DNA from: Geosiphon pyriformis uo1
Lineage: Eukaryota > Fungi > Glomeromycota
Direction of reading: 5' to 3'
NCBI GenBank assembly: GCA_016748015.1
Contig: JAAOMT010000029.1
Span: forward strand, 481,140-545,139
Length of the DNA: 64,000 bases
Under the pieces are notes generated by a model, which was given only the letters and a program-made list of their open reading frames with translations, did no database searches and was not told the origin of the DNA. Each line of letters opens with the position of its first letter. Positions within the stretch are counted from its first letter, which is position 1. This document shows, one piece after another, positions 26,101 to 40,976 of this stretch. Position numbers and translations under genes: made by a program.

Positions 26101-29100
26101 AAAATAAAGGGAAAAGAAAAGAAAAAGAGACCACCCAAACCACCACCACTTATAACACCCACACTATATCACAACAATCTACTTATCATCGACCTAAGCT
26201 TATATGTGTCAATTGTGGTAAAAAATTGTCATCAATGGGTGCATACTGTGGTGACAATGAGGAATACCACACTGCAACAAAATTCTACTGTTGTCCATGC
26301 TTATTCGAATGCTTTAGACGACCAAAGAGGCAAAGAAAATTGGATAACCAACCTTTTCTCACTTGTGGAGAGACTCTGCTAGATAAAGGGATATGGAACA
26401 ACATCCCAGGACATGAAAAAACATGCAATGTATTGTGTCAATACATGATTCTAATAAGTGACTGGGTAAGGAAAGGAACCCCAATGGAAGCAGCCTGGCA
26501 AAGAGCCATACAGCAACTGGACAGTTGTCTACATGACGATGACAAAATTTGGCGAATGGCACTCACCAAAATCGAAGAGGCAATGCCAGAAGAAATAAAA
26601 ACGATCAAAGACAACCCTCCAGAACCTTTAGAGCTTGACTGGAATGTAGAACTCATCATAAACCTTCTGGATCCAGAACAATTCTACAAACACTACCAAG
26701 AATTAGCACCCACAAGAGAAGAACAAGAACAACAGTTAAAGCAGTTGAACGCTTGACTATGTTAACACTGCCTAATTCCCTGTGACTTCCAGTATTATAA
26801 TGAGTGTGACCTTATTTACAATCCACCACCACACATGATCTACTTGATCCCTAAAGAAGAAGAACCAATCAGCAGCTGCACATCAGAATCAGAATCGCCG
26901 ATCAATCGCGATTTAAACTCCGACAATAACGACAATAACAATAGTTCAAGCTCCGTTCAAAATAACAATGATGATGAAAATGATTCAGACTCAGATTCAA
27001 AACCCAATTTAAACTATGAACAATACATTGCACTACCAGATCTCTCCAAGGAACAAGAGTTGAAATGGTATAGTGACAATGGGGAAGGTATTATGTCAGA
27101 ACGTGTGCATGATACGGATGCAGGGTTTGATCTGAGATATCCAGGAAAAGATGCCATCAAATTGGAACCACATTTACACATCTGCATTAATCTGAAAATA
27201 GCACTAGAGATCCCAGCAACAACAATGGTTTAATTAGCATCTAGGAATAGTTTAGTGAAAAGAGAGATCAATATAAGAGGAGAAATAATTGATGCGGGAT
27301 ATGTAGGAAATATCATCGCCATGTTACAAAATGACTCAGAAAAGGCCTATATAATAGAGCCCAACAAAAAGATAGCACAGGCAATATTCCTCCCTCTGGT
27401 TAGAGTAGCTCAATTAGTATTAGTGGGAAATAGGGAGGAATTAGGAATAACAGCAAGAGGGATACAAGGATTTGGATCAACAGGTAGAATAGATGTATCA
27501 GTTAATATGACTGAGGAAGAAATTGTTGGCCAAGAAGAAATTATCTCAACTGGTCAAGCTATTTCCATCCCATCATATAGCCAGTACATGCTAGCAATAG
27601 AATAGAAGGAAAAAGAGCAAGAACAAATTTTTGAAGCTGAAACAAACCTTTGTGAATCAGAGAAGATTGGGTTGATAAATCTCCACATACCAGCCAAAAG
27701 CTATAGCAGCATAAAAATTCCCATCTACAACAACACTGGCAATGTCATCAACATATCAGAGGGAACCACCATCGAATATTTAACCACAAAAATAGAAGAC
27801 CAACCACCAAACCCCATTCCAGACTTTCCACAACTCTGTGAATATGTTGACATCACATCACAAACAATTTATGGATGAGACAAATGTTATTTGCTCCAAC
27901 CAGAACAATTGGAACAAATGAACATGGGAAACTTAGATCCACTCCAATGTATGCAGCTCAAGATGTTACTCAACAATTTCAACAACATCTTTGCCAGCGA
28001 AAATAAGTTTGGCTGAACTGATATTATCCAGCATTAGATCAAGACTGGAGATGCAATGCCAATCAAACAAAGAGCATACAAAGTGCCACCAGCCAGCCAC
28101 GAGATTATTCGTCAAGAGATAAACAGAATGCTTGACAACAGGCTAATTCAACCATCAATGAGTCTATGGTTGTTACCAGTGGTACTTGTTCATAAGAAAA
28201 ATAGAAAAATCCAGTTTTGTGTAGACTACAGAAAACTCAATGGAGTAACTCGTGGAGACAGTTATCCAACTTCACAAATACAGGAATTATTCGATGCTTT
28301 CAGTGGGAACAAATAGTTCTCCACATTAGATTTGGACAGCAGTTACTGGCAAGTAGCCATGAATCCAGCTGACAAAGAGAAGACGGCATTTACTACTAGA
28401 GAAGGGAATTTTGAGTTTGAAGTAATGCCATTTGGCTTAACCAATGCCCCAATAACTTTCCAACGGCTAATAGAAATTGTTTACCCTGGCTTATTGTGGA
28501 AATCAGTAGTGGTATATTTGGACAACACCAATGTATTCTCAAAAACATTTGATGATCATCTTCATCATCTTCAACAAGTGTTTGAAAGACTAAAAAGAGC
28601 AGAACTAAAGTTAAATGCAACAAAGTGCTTCTTCGGCAAGACAGAACTAAAATTCTTGGAACACATAGTCAGCAAAGATGGCATCAAAATGGATCCAGAG
28701 AAAATAGAGATAGTAAAGAACTTTCCAGTGCTGACCAATATAACAGAATTGAAATCATTCTTGGAATTCACCAGCTACTATCAACGTTTTATCAAGAACT
28801 TTTTCAAGATAGCGCAGCCACTCAACCAACTGCAAACCAAGAATACAAAATATGAATGGACAGAAAATTAACAAGAAGCTTTTAATATTCTAAGGAAAAA
28901 GCTCATCCAAGCTTTAGTACTGATCTATTCAGATTACAGCAAACTATTCATTATCACCACTGATGCATCCAGCCAAGCATTGAGAGCAGTATTATCTCAG
29001 AGAGGACCGGATAGCAGAGAACATCCAGTAGTATATGCCAGCAGAGGTTTAACACCAGCCAAAAAGAACTATGAAACACTGGAACAAGAACACTTAACAA

Positions 29101-29318
29101 TATACTGGGCTGTTATGAAATAGAAAGAATACTTGAGCCAGAAGTTTGAAGTATACACAAATCACAAGGGATTAACATCACTCCAAAAACAAAAATTTGG
29201 AGATGGAAGACAGTCAAAATGGAAAATGGCACTCGTACTATACAATTATACTATACATTACAAAAAGGGAAAAGACAATGGAAATGCTGACGGTTTATCG
29301 TGAATAAGACAAATATAA
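23138..29318 (+). pseudogene. Element A gag-PR-Cys-rich-dUTPase-RT-RH polyprotein (disrupted)
   Basis: CCHC knuckle at ~24833-24880, LILDSGS, HDTDAGFDLRY / GEIIDAGYVG / KIAQAI / RGIQGFGSTG, VMPFGLTNAP, YLDN (mutated YLDD), TTDAS, NADGLS. Confidence 0.9.
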
Positions 29319-29381
29319 GAACATTTCAACCCAAAAATATAATAAAACCAGAACAATACCAACGAAAAAATACAACAAAAG

Positions 29382-30764
29382 ATGAACATACAAAAATATC
29401 AACAATTGCAATATTATCTAAACACTCAACAGTTCAAGGAGAATTTATCTTATACAGAACAAAAGAGAATCAAACAACAATTAAAATATTTTATTACTCA
29501 CCAAAATATACTTTATTGGAAAAATAGAAGGGATCCAGATCAACCAACCAGAGTAATTACGGAGCCAAAAAAAGAGACAATATTATTTAACATGCACTCA
29601 AATCCAACAGCAGGACATTTTCACAAAAAAGCAACCATAGAAAGAATTAGAAAAAGATACTATTGGCCATCAATGTACCCAGACATTATTCAATATATTC
29701 AAAATTGTGATGCTTGTCAGCGAAGAGGAGGAACAAGACCTAATGAACCATTAAGACCAATCAAAGTGGGACAACCATTTGACCATATGGAAATTGATTT
29801 AGTTGGACCATTAACAATCACTAGCAGAGGAAACAGATACATAGCAGTAGCTATGGACTATCTCACTAAATGGCCAGAGGCAAAAGCAATTCAAAGAGTG
29901 GATGCAGAATCCGTTGCCGAATTTGTTTATCAGGATTTGATTTATCGACATGGATGTTCAAAAGAATTATTATCAGACCAAGGAACTCATTTTGTGAACA
30001 GAACATTAACTGAATTGAGCCAAAGATTCGGAATCAAGAGACTATTATCATCACCATACTATTAACAAACCAATAGGTTAGTAGAAAGATTCAACAGAAC
30101 ATTGTGTGAAGCAATAGCCAAGCTCAGCCAAAAAAACCAGAACGATTGGGATTTGTTCATACCATCAGTACTATTTGCTTATTGGACAATGAAACAAAAT
30201 ACTACACAAGCAACACCATTTGAATTAGTATATGGAAGAATAGCAATGTTACCAGTAGAGAGAGAAATTAATACATATCCAGCTGAACCAATAACAGAGA
30301 AAAATTTTCAAGAAACATTGCTGAAAAGAACATATGACTTAATAGAAACATTGGAAAACAAACGAAGAAAAGCAGCTGATAATATTCAAAAGTCACAAGA
30401 AACACAGAAAAAAAGACACAATAGTCAACTACCAGACAAACCAGTTGAATTCAAGATCGGAGACAAAGTATTACTACACTATACCAAAGCAGAAAAACAA
30501 TGGAGTGGAAAATTTGACCCCAAATAGGACAAACCATTTCACATAGAAGAAATTCTAGAAAATGGAGCTTACAAATTAAGATTGGATAACAAAATTTTAA
30601 CCAAAGCAGCACATAGAGATCGACTGAAACTATATCACAACATCACACTACCATCTACCAGTAATATTCTACAATTAGGCGTACAGAGAATACTAGTCCA
30701 ACCAAATGAGATTCCATGAGATCTGGAACCAATTATTATTATCAACAACAACACGTTAAATTGA
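29382..30764 (+). pseudogene. Element A integrase (HHCC, DDE, GPF), with its own ATG
   Basis: H....GH...C..CQ, IDLVGPL, DYLTKWPEA, SDQG, VERFNRTL, FKIGDKVLL. No chromodomain. Confidence 0.9.
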
Positions 30765-30788
30765 TCCATCAAAAGAATATATAAAGAC

Positions 30789-31448
30789 ATGGTAGACATA
30801 ACAGAAAATATCAGAAAAATGAAAATTACAAACAATATTCACTCACTAGCACAACAACTCTTTTAATTAATCCAACACCAGGAAATGGAGATTACAATCA
30901 ATCAACAAACCATTCAATATCAAGATACTAAAAAGACATTTCAACTCAGAACACAGAAGAAAACTGAAAATACTGTGGACAAAATCATGGCAAAAGTAAA
31001 ATTAGCAATAAAAGAATCGACAAAAGAGTTACTATATCAAGAGTTGACTAAAGAAACTTGGAATTGGTGGATACAACAATTTCCACGAAACTATTGTTAT
31101 TTTTATTTGGAACAACACATAAATATTCAGAATCTATATACGGATAAAACAAAGCGATTATTCGACAAAAAAATACTACAACAATTAGAACATTTTGTGG
31201 GAAAGAACAACTTATCTACACAAGTCCGAGCCATATACTGAATACACACAGCATTTTAAGATAAACCAGAAATATTGCTTAACAGAGCAATAGATATGGT
31301 TACCAGTAATCAATTGGGAAAAATCATCAATGCTCAATTTGAAGAATTACAGACCCAAATAACACAAGTAATTCTCAAAAATGAAATCCAGGAAATACTT
31401 TAAGAGAGAGAATTACATGAGTTAGATTTTGACAGAGCTCAATATTAA
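30789..31448 (+). pseudogene. Element A ORF3, ~219 aa orphan protein (disrupted by point stops)
   Basis: ATG follows the IN stop and the stop codon overlaps the PPT. Homologous to ORF3 of C and D. Confidence 0.75.
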
Positions 31449-34400
31449 AAGAAGGGAATAATGTTACTCATAGAAATATAGGAAATATATTAGCATAATT
31501 ATTAGCCAATCAGAAGTAAGCGTAGTAAATGTGGAATTCCAGGATTCTTCTTAGAAATTGCAGGATTTCAGGAATTTCAGGATTCCCAATGAGGAATTGC
31601 AGGATTCCAGAATTCCAGGATTTCTCTCAAAAGAATCGCAGGATTCCAGGAATTCCAGGATTCCTGTCGTGAAAAATCGAGGAATTGAGGAATCCCAATT
31701 ATGTATATATAGCAGTAGTGTTAGAAACAGAAAAAACAGAATCAATACCACAGAATCCTTAGCCTAGAAACGCAATCATTAAATAAAAATAATTATTTCA
31801 TATCTCAAATTCACTCTTTACTATCAACACTTCATGTTGATAGTAATTGATACTTAACTATGCTGGAACAATAGCTCTTGATCACAGCTATTGATGGGAT
31901 ACTAATCTGCAAATTGCCTTGGCTTATTTCTTTTACTTTCTTTATTTTTTTTTATTTCTTTTTTTCTTTATTTTGTTTTGATTTGTTGTTGTGTACTAAT
32001 TGATAAAAGATTAAGCGCTGAGTTATTGACATTAAGAATAGTCTGGTAAAAGACCCAAAAATAAGGGTAGAATTTATATATTATCAGATAGCTTACCAGA
32101 AGGACACGACTGCCAGACTAAATCTGGCCACCATGCTGAGAAAAAAATTGGGAAAACTCTTAGAAAAATACATCTACCATTGACACTATTGAATCTCTGT
32201 CCATTATACAAAGGATTCAACCAAAACCTTCAAATCCATCAAAACCTTCAGATACCATACCTTCTACATATCATCCACGGAAGTAGCTTTTGAGCACCAA
32301 GTTATGGGTTTGTTATTTAATTCAACAGCAGAAATAATTACCTGTAACAATATAAAAAATATAAATTACTTACCAGAAAATTGCCGGCCATTAAGCTAAA
32401 GAAAAAAATTGACAGAATTGTAATTCTGGAAAGCTACAAATAAACAACTATTGAATCTCTGTCTATTATACAAAAAACCCAACTAAAACCTTCAAATAAC
32501 CATACCAATAGATCCATATCATCACAAATAAGCTTTTGAGCACCAAGTTACAGGTTTTGTTATTTGCTTTAAGACTCTAAATAATCACCTATAACATTTG
32601 GTGCTCTCTGTGAGGTATAATCTTATAAAGAACCAGCACCAACAACATCTATCTAAAAGTGGCAGAATTAGAAAGAATAGAAGCAAACCATTTAGGATTC
32701 ATAAAATCCTTATTTTAACACTACTGTTAACATTTGGGATTAAATCACAATCACATATCAGCAGAATCAGCCTTCAATTTCTATGTTAATGAGAAGATTG
32801 CTTATCTGTTAGGAACACCAATAAATACTGAGTCAGCAAGGAAAACTTTTTACAACAAATTAATTCAAAATACTAGCCTACCAACAAATTCCAATTTTGC
32901 ATCCATTATTACAAAAATCAATAAAGAAATTGAATATCACACCCAACAAAAATACCCAATTATATATGCCAGTAAAGGAAAAAGAAAACTGCAAACACTA
33001 GCAGTGATACTCTAAAAGATACAACCACCCATTTGGAAGAAAACCAGAGTTGAGTTACCAAACAACCCATCCTACCACTATACATCTGAAAGTGTCATCA
33101 ACATAACATCAGTAGACATATTTACATCAAATATGACATTAACATTTGGCTAATTCTCATTTCAAAGTAAACAAAGAAAAACAGATCTATTAAAATCATA
33201 TGGTGAATATTTTGAAGGATTTATTTCATGATCACCAACACCATCAGGGTTTTGATCACCACCACCATTACCAGATTTTGAAACAGCTGATCCATAAAAA
33301 GTAACAGAATCAGAAAAAAAAGAAAAAGAAAAAGAAAAAGCTAAAGATCAGAAATTACTTACCAAAACCTGATCCCAGAAAATTCAGAAAGTGAAACTCT
33401 GAATATTCAAACTCAGGAAAATCAGAATAATCCAAACTCCAAATTAATTGATCAGCAAAATCTATCTCTGATAAAAATTATCAATCAACCACTAATTGAC
33501 CCAACAGCTGAACCCTTGCAGCAGCTATTTTAACAACCAAATCTGCAAATTCAATCACTGCAAGGACCACCCCAACAACAACTACTTTAACAACAGCAAC
33601 AACAATTCATGGCATTTGCACCAATCGTGAAACTGGAAAGATTCACTGGCAAAGAAGACTATACCCAGGCGTGGATCAATGATATCACCAAAGCAATCAT
33701 GGCAAATAACTGGAATGATAACAGAGCCCTCCAAGCAATTCTGTACTTTCTCCAAGATACTACTGATTTATGATATTAGAGCTTAGCCACCAGACTGCAA
33801 ATCTTTTAGAAATTCAAACTTGAATTCTTGAGATATTTCAGTAATAATAATAGTATTAATTGCTTGGCCAATACCTTCAATACAATTAAACAAGGAGATA
33901 CAGAAACAGTCACTACATACTTGGGATGCTTCTGTTGAAATCTACAACAAATCCAAGCAATCAATGCCAATTATTTTACAGCACCACAGATTTTAAATCA
34001 GTTCATTTATGGCCTGTGCAATAGTATTCTCCAACACATTGTTACAGATGATTATTTGGGATCTCAAATCAAATAACAAATTCATAACTTGGTGCTCAAT
34101 ATTTTGACAAAGCTGGTAATACTGGTATGTTAGTTGTATCTGAAGGTTTTAGAGTTGAGTCCTTTGTATAATAAACAGAAATTTAATTAATGGTTTTATC
34201 CGTAGCTTCCCAAAACCATAGTTTTGTCAAATTTCTTTCTCAGTATGGTGGCCGGTAATCCTCCTGGTAAGCTATCCTCAAATCTATGAGTGTTCTACTC
34301 TTGTTTCACAGGTCTTTTACCAATCCCTATAATGTCTGTATCTCAGTGCTTAATCCTTAATCAATTTTAATAAAACCAAAGAAATAACAAAAAAAATAAA

Positions 34401-34930
34401 AGAAAATAAAAGAAGATAAAGAAATTAACAAAAAACAATTGCAAGTTAGTATCCCATCAATAGCCATGATCAAGAGCTATTGTTCCAATGTGGTTAAGTA
34501 TCAATTACTATCAACATAAAGTGTTGATAGTAGAGAGTGGATTGAGATAGTAAATAATTATTTATTGATATTTGTGATTTTTGGAAAGTTGCTTAAATAA
34601 AATCTAAATGGAGAGGTCTTCTAACTAAGAATTCTGCCTTTTCTACTTCTAATACTACTGTTATATATACATAATTGAGATTTCTTAATTTCTCGATTTT
34701 TCACCTCAGGAATTCTGAGATTCCTGGAATTCTGCAATTCTTTTTAAGCAGAATCTTGGAATTCTGGAATTCTGTGATTCCTTGCACAGAGAATCCTAAA
34801 ATTTCTGGAATCTTGCAATTTCTCTTAAGAGGAATCCTGGAATTCCACATTTACTATGACTACCTCTGATTGGCTATTTTATATGCTAATATATTTCCTA
34901 TATTTTATGAGTAACATTATTCTCTTCTTT

Positions 34931-35599
34931 TTAATATTGAACTCCATCAAGATCTCCCAAATCTCCTAATTCTAATTTTTTGTCATTGAGTATTTTTTGA
35001 ACTTTTCTTTTGAGAATTATTTGAGTTATCTGGTTCTGCAATTCTTCAAATTGGGTGTTGGTCATTTTTCTCATTTGGTTAATTGTAATGTAGTTCAATT
35101 CCGGATTGAGTAAGATTTTCAGTCTGTTTTGAAATCTCATATGTAGCCAATAAATGGCTCTTACTTGTATGGTCAAATTGTTCTTTCTCACAAATTGTTC
35201 TAGTTGTTGCAGTATTGCTGTGTTGAATAATCATTTTGTTTTATCTGTGTATAAGTTCTGAATGTTCAAGTGTTGTCCCAAGTGAAAGTAATAGAAGTTT
35301 CTTGGAAATTCGTGTATCCACCATTTCCATGTTTCTTTGGTCAACTCTTAATATGTGATGGCACTTGTTGGTTCTTCTATTGCTAATTTTATTTTTTTAA
35401 TCATTTTATTAATAGTGGTTTCTGTTTTTTTTTTACTTTTGTATTTGGGTATCTTTCTGGTATCTTGGTATCAAATGGTTTGTTGATTGATAGTAATTTC
35501 TATATTTTGTTGTTGAATCAGTTAGAATAGTTGTTGTGCTAATAAGTGGATGTTATCAATAATCTCCATTTTTCTAATGTTTTCTGTCATGTTTACCAT
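34931..35599 (-). pseudogene. Element C ORF3 (~222 aa, divergent subfamily version)
   Basis: ELTKETWKWWIHEFPRNFYYFHLGQHLNIQNLYTDKTK...RAIY...FEELQNQITQ...DGVQY*, in the same frame layout as A and D. Confidence 0.75.
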
Positions 35600-38500
35600 G
35601 TTTTTATATACTCTTTTATTGTTTAATTTTAAGTGTTTGGTTCAATGATTATAATTGGTTTCAGATCTCGTAGAATCTCATCTGGTTGGACTAGTATTCT
35701 TTGTATTCTTAATTGTGAAATGTTACTGGTAGATAGTGACACTATATGGTAATATAGTTTCAGTCAATCACCATGTGCTGCTTTGGCTAAAATTTTGTTG
35801 TCCTATCTTAATTTATAAGCTCCATTTCCTAGAATTTCTTCTATGTGAAATGGTCTGTTCCATTTGGAGTCAAATTTTCCACTCTATTGTTTTTTCACTT
35901 TGGTATGATGTAATAATACTTTGTCTCCAATCTTGAATTCAATTGGTTTCTTTGATAATTGGTTATTATGTTTTTCTTATGACTTTTGTATGTTATCAGC
36001 TGTTCTTTACCATTTGTTTTCTAGAGTTTCCATTAAGTCATATGTTCTTCTTAACAGTGTTTTTTGGAAATTCTCTTTCATTATTGGTTCTGTTGGGTAT
36101 GTATTTACTTTGATCTCAACTGGTAATGTTGCTGTCCTACCATATACTAATTTAAATGGTGTTGCTTGTGTAGTATCTTGCTTTATTGTCTGATAAGCAA
36201 ATAATACTGATGATATAAACAAATCCCATTCATCTTGGTTTTCTTGGCTGATTTTGGCGATTGTTTCACACAATGTTCTGTTGAATCTTTTGACTAGTCC
36301 ATTGGTTTGTGGATGATATGATAATGATAATAATTATTTAATTCCGAATCTTTGGCTTAATTCTGCCAATGTTTTATTCACAAAGTGAATTCCTTGATCT
36401 GATAATAATTTTTTTGGACATCTGTGTTGACAAATCAAATCTTGATGAATGAATTTGGCAATGGATTCTGCATCTGCTCTTTGAATGGCTTTTGCTTCTG
36501 GCCATTTTGTGAGATAGTCCATAGCTACTGCAATATATCTGTTGTCTCTGCTGGTGATTGTTAATGGTCTGACTAAGTCAATTCCAATGTAATCAAATGG
36601 TTGTCCCACTTTGATTGGTCTTAATGATTTGCTGGGTTTTGTTCCTCTTCTTCTTTGACAAGCATCACAATTTTGAACATATTAGATGATGTCTGAATAC
36701 ATTGATGGCCAATAGTATCTTCTTCTGGTTCTTTCTATGGTTGCTTCTTTATGAAAATGTCCTGTTGTTGGATCTGAGTGCATGTTAAACAATATTGTTT
36801 CTTTTTCTGATTCTGTAATTACTCTGGTTGGTTGGTCTAGATTTCTTCTGTTTTTCTGGTAAAGTATATTTTAATGATTGATAAAATATTTTAATTGCTG
36901 TTTTATGTTGTTTTGTTCTTTTTGAGATAATTTTTTCTTGAATGATTAAACATTTATATAATGCTGGAATTGTTGATATTTTTGTGTGTTCATCTTTTGT
37001 TATATTTTTGGGTTGAAATGTTTTTAGATTTGTCTTATTCGTGACAATTTGTTAGCATTTCCATTGTCTTTTCCTTTTTTATAATATACCATATAATTGA
37101 ATGGTGAAAATTCTATTTTCTATTTGGCATGGCTATTATTTGCAAATTCTTGTTTTTGGATTGAAGTCAATTTTTTGTGATCTGTATATATTTCAAACTT
37201 TTGGCTCAAGTATTTTTTTCATTTGATAACAGCCCAATAGATTGCTAAGTGTTCTAGTGTTGGAGTTCTATAGTTCTTTTCCGCTGGGCTTAAACTTTTA
37301 CTGACATAAGCTACTGGATGCTCTCTTCCATTGAATCTTTTCTGTAATAGTACTGCTCTCAATGCTTGACCTGATGCATCAGTAGTAATAATAAATGGTT
37401 TGTTGTGATCTGGATACATCAATACTGGAGCTTAGATAAGCTTTCTTCTCAATGTGTTAAATGCTTTTTGTTGAGCTTCAGTTCATTCATATTTCACATT
37501 CTTGGTTTGTAGATGGTAAAGTGGCTGAGCTAGTTTAGAAAAATTCTTGATAAAGTGGCAATAGTAGCCTGCAAATCCCAAAAATGCTCTTAATTTTGAC
37601 AAGTTGGTTGGTACTAGAAAGTTCTTAACTACTTCAATCTTGTCTGGATCTGTTTTGATTCTGTCTTTGCTCATTACATGTCCCAAAAACTTGAGTTCAG
37701 TTTTTTCAAAGAAACATTTAGTTGTATTTAGCTTCAATCCAGCTCTTCTTAACCTTTCGAATACTTGTTAGAGATGATACAAATGATCATCGAATGTTTT
37801 TGAGAACACATTGGTGTCATCTAAGTATACAACTACTGATTTCCATAGTAATCCAGTATAGACAATTTCTATGAGCCATTGGAATATTGTTAAAGCATTC
37901 ATCAAGCCAAATGACATGACTTCAAACTCAAAATTTCTTTTTCTTGTGGTGAATGCTGTTTTTTCTTTGTCGGCTGGATCCATGGCTACTTGTCAGTAAC
38001 CACTATCTAAGTTTAGTGTTGAGAACCATTTATTTTCTCTAAAAGCGTCGAATAGTTTTTGGATCTTTGGAGTTAGATAGTTATTACTTTTTGTTACTTT
38101 ATTCAGTTTCTAATAGTCTACACAAAAATGGATTTTTTCATTCTTCTTATGGACCAGTACTGGTAACAACCATGAACTCATTGATGGTTGAATTAGCCTA
38201 TTATTAAGCATCCAGTTGATTTCTTGATGAATAATTTCATGGCTAGCTGGTGGTACTTTGTATGCTCTTTGTTTAATTAGCATTGTATCTCTAGTCTTAA
38301 TCTGATGCTGAATGATATTGGTTCAGCCAAATTCATTTTTGCTAGCAAAGATGTCATTGAAATTGTTGAGTAACATCTTGAGTTGTATCCGTTGAAGTGG
38401 ATCTAGATTCCCCATGTTCGTCTGTTCTAATTGTTCTGGTTGGAGCAAGTAACATTTGCTATGTCCGTATATTGTTTGTGATGTGATGTCAACATATCCA

Positions 38501-40976
38501 CAAAGCTGCAGAAAGTCTGAAATGTGATTTGGTGGTTGATCTTCAACTTCAGTGATCAAATATCCAATAATAGTTCCCTTTGGTATTTCAATGATATTTC
38601 CAGTTGTGTTGTAGATGTGGAATTTTGATGTTTTTGGGGCTTTTGGCTGATATGTAAAGATTAGTGAGTCTAATCTCTCCTGATTTGCAAATGGTGGCTT
38701 CTGCTTCAAACAACTGAGCCTGATTCTTTACTTCTCTTTTTATATGTAACATATACTGGTCATATGGTGGAATAAAAATTGATTGACAGGTTGAGATAAT
38801 TTCTCCTTTGTCAATAACCTCTTCCTCCACCATATTAACTGATATGTCTATTCTACTCATTAATCCAAATCTCTGTATCTCTTTAGCAGTAATCCCTAAT
38901 TCTTCTCTGTTTCTCACTGACATTAATTGAGCTATTTTTATTAGAGGTAGAAATATTGCTTGTGTTATCTTTTTGTTTGGCTCTATGATATAGGCCTTTT
39001 CAGAGTCATTTTGTAGTATAACAATGATATTTCTTACATACCCTGTGTTGATTATTCCTCCTCTGATGTTGATTCCTTTTTTTGCTAGGCTACTCTTAAA
39101 TGCTAATTGAACCATGATTGTTGCTAAAATTTCCAGAGCTATTTTGAAATCAATACATGTGTGCGAATTTGGTTCCAATTTGATGACTTCTTTTTCTAGA
39201 TATCTCAAATCAAACTTTGCATCAGTATCATGCGTGCATTCTGGCATGATATTTTTATCATTGTCACTATACCATTTGAGTTCTTGCTCCTTAGATAGAT
39301 CAAAAAGTGCAATATACATTTTGGGGTTTGAATCGGAGTCTGAATCACTGATATTTTTGTTGTTATTTTGAGCAGAGCTGGAACTGGTGTTTTTATCATC
39401 ATTATTATTAGAGTTTGAATTGGAATTGAAAACTAATTCCAATTTCAATATGCAGCTACTGATTGGTTCTTCTTCTTCTGGGATCGTGTAGATCATGTGT
39501 AATGGTAGATTGTAAATGAGGTTACACTCATTACAATATTTAAAGTCACTGAAAATTAAACAATAGTAGCATAATCTGGCATTTAATTGTTCTAGCCATT
39601 GTTCTTGTTCTTCTCTGGTGGGTGCCAAATGTTGGTAGTGTTCATGAAATTCTTCCAGTTCCAATATGTTTATGACTGGTTCTGAGTCCCAGTTAAGTTT
39701 TATTGGTTCTAGTGAGTTGTTTTTAAATTTTCTGATCTCCTCGGATGATGCTCCTTCTATTTTGGTAAGTGCCATTCTCCATATCTTGTCATTGTCGTGT
39801 AGACAACTGTCCAAGCATTTTACTGTTCTTCTCCAGACTGCTTCTATGGGTGTCCCTTTTCTTACCCAGTCATTTATTAGGATTGTGTATTGACATAATT
39901 TGTCACACATTTCTTTTCGCTCTGGAATGTTGTTCCACATTCTTTCATCCAAGAGAGTTTCTCCACAAGCAAGACAAGGTTGGTTGTCCCATTTTCCTTT
40001 CCTCTTTGGTCATTCAAAACGTTTTATAATGCATGGACAACAATAGAATTTAGTCGCGGTTGGGTATTCCTCGTCATCATCACAGCATGCGCTGTTACTC
40101 ATAGAAATATAAAAAATATATTAGCATAATTATTAGCCAATTAGAAGTAAGCATAGTAAATGTGGAATTCCAGGATTCCTTTCAAGAATTGCAGGATTCC
40201 AGGAATTTCAGGATTCCCAATGAGGAATTGCAGGATTCCAGAATTCCAGGATTCCTCTTAAAAGAATTGCAGAATTCCAGAAATTCCAGGATTCTTGTTG
40301 TGAAGAATCGAGGAATTGAGGAATCTTAATTATGTATATATAGCAGTAGTGTTAAAAACAAAAAAGACAGAATTGATACCACAGAATTCTTAGCCTAAAA
40401 ACACAATCATCAAATAAATAATTATTCCATATCTCAACCCACTCTTCACTATCAACACTTCATGTTGATAGTAATTGATACTTAACCACACTGGAACAAT
40501 AGCTCTTGATCACGGCTATTGACAGAATACTAATCTGCAAATCGCCTTGACTTATTTCTTTTCTTTCTTTATTTTCTTTTATTTCTTTTTCTTTATTTTT
40601 TGTTTAGTTGTTATTGTATACTAATTGATTAAAGATTAAAGCACTGAGTTATTGACGTCAAGAATAGCCTGGTAAAAGACCCAGAAATAAGGGTAGAATT
40701 TTATATATTATCAGATAGCTTATCAGAAAGGCATGACTACCAGACTAAATCTGGCCACCACGCTGAGAAAAAAATTGGGAAAACTCTTGGAAAGACACAT
40801 CTACTATTGACACTATTGAATCTCTGTCTATTATACAAAGGACTCAACCCAAACCTTCAGATCCATTAAAACCTTCAGATACAACACCTTCAGATTATGA
40901 TCAACTGCTATTAGCTTTGAGTACCAAGTTACAGGTTTGTTATTTAATTCAACAGCAGAAAAAATCACCTGTAACA

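Larger units (their letters stand above)
22201..32349 (+). mobile_element. Ty3/gypsy element A, full length (LTRs 22201-23075 and 31462-32349), inserted in the 5' LTR of B
   Basis: TGTTAC..GTAACA LTR pair, PBS at 23076, PPT AAAAGAAGGGAATAA before 31462, TSD ATGT/ATAT. Order is gag, PR, Cys-rich region, dUTPase, RT, RH, IN, ORF3. Confidence 0.95.

Noticed and set aside
30789-31448. ORF3 as a retroviral env gene
   Set aside because: Too short, with no visible signal peptide, fusion peptide or transmembrane helix.
31551-31767. Small ORFs over the LTR tandem array (also 34675, 49398, 49418, 54046)
   Set aside because: They are open only because the repeat lacks stops. The starts are mostly non-ATG and there is no evidence of coding.
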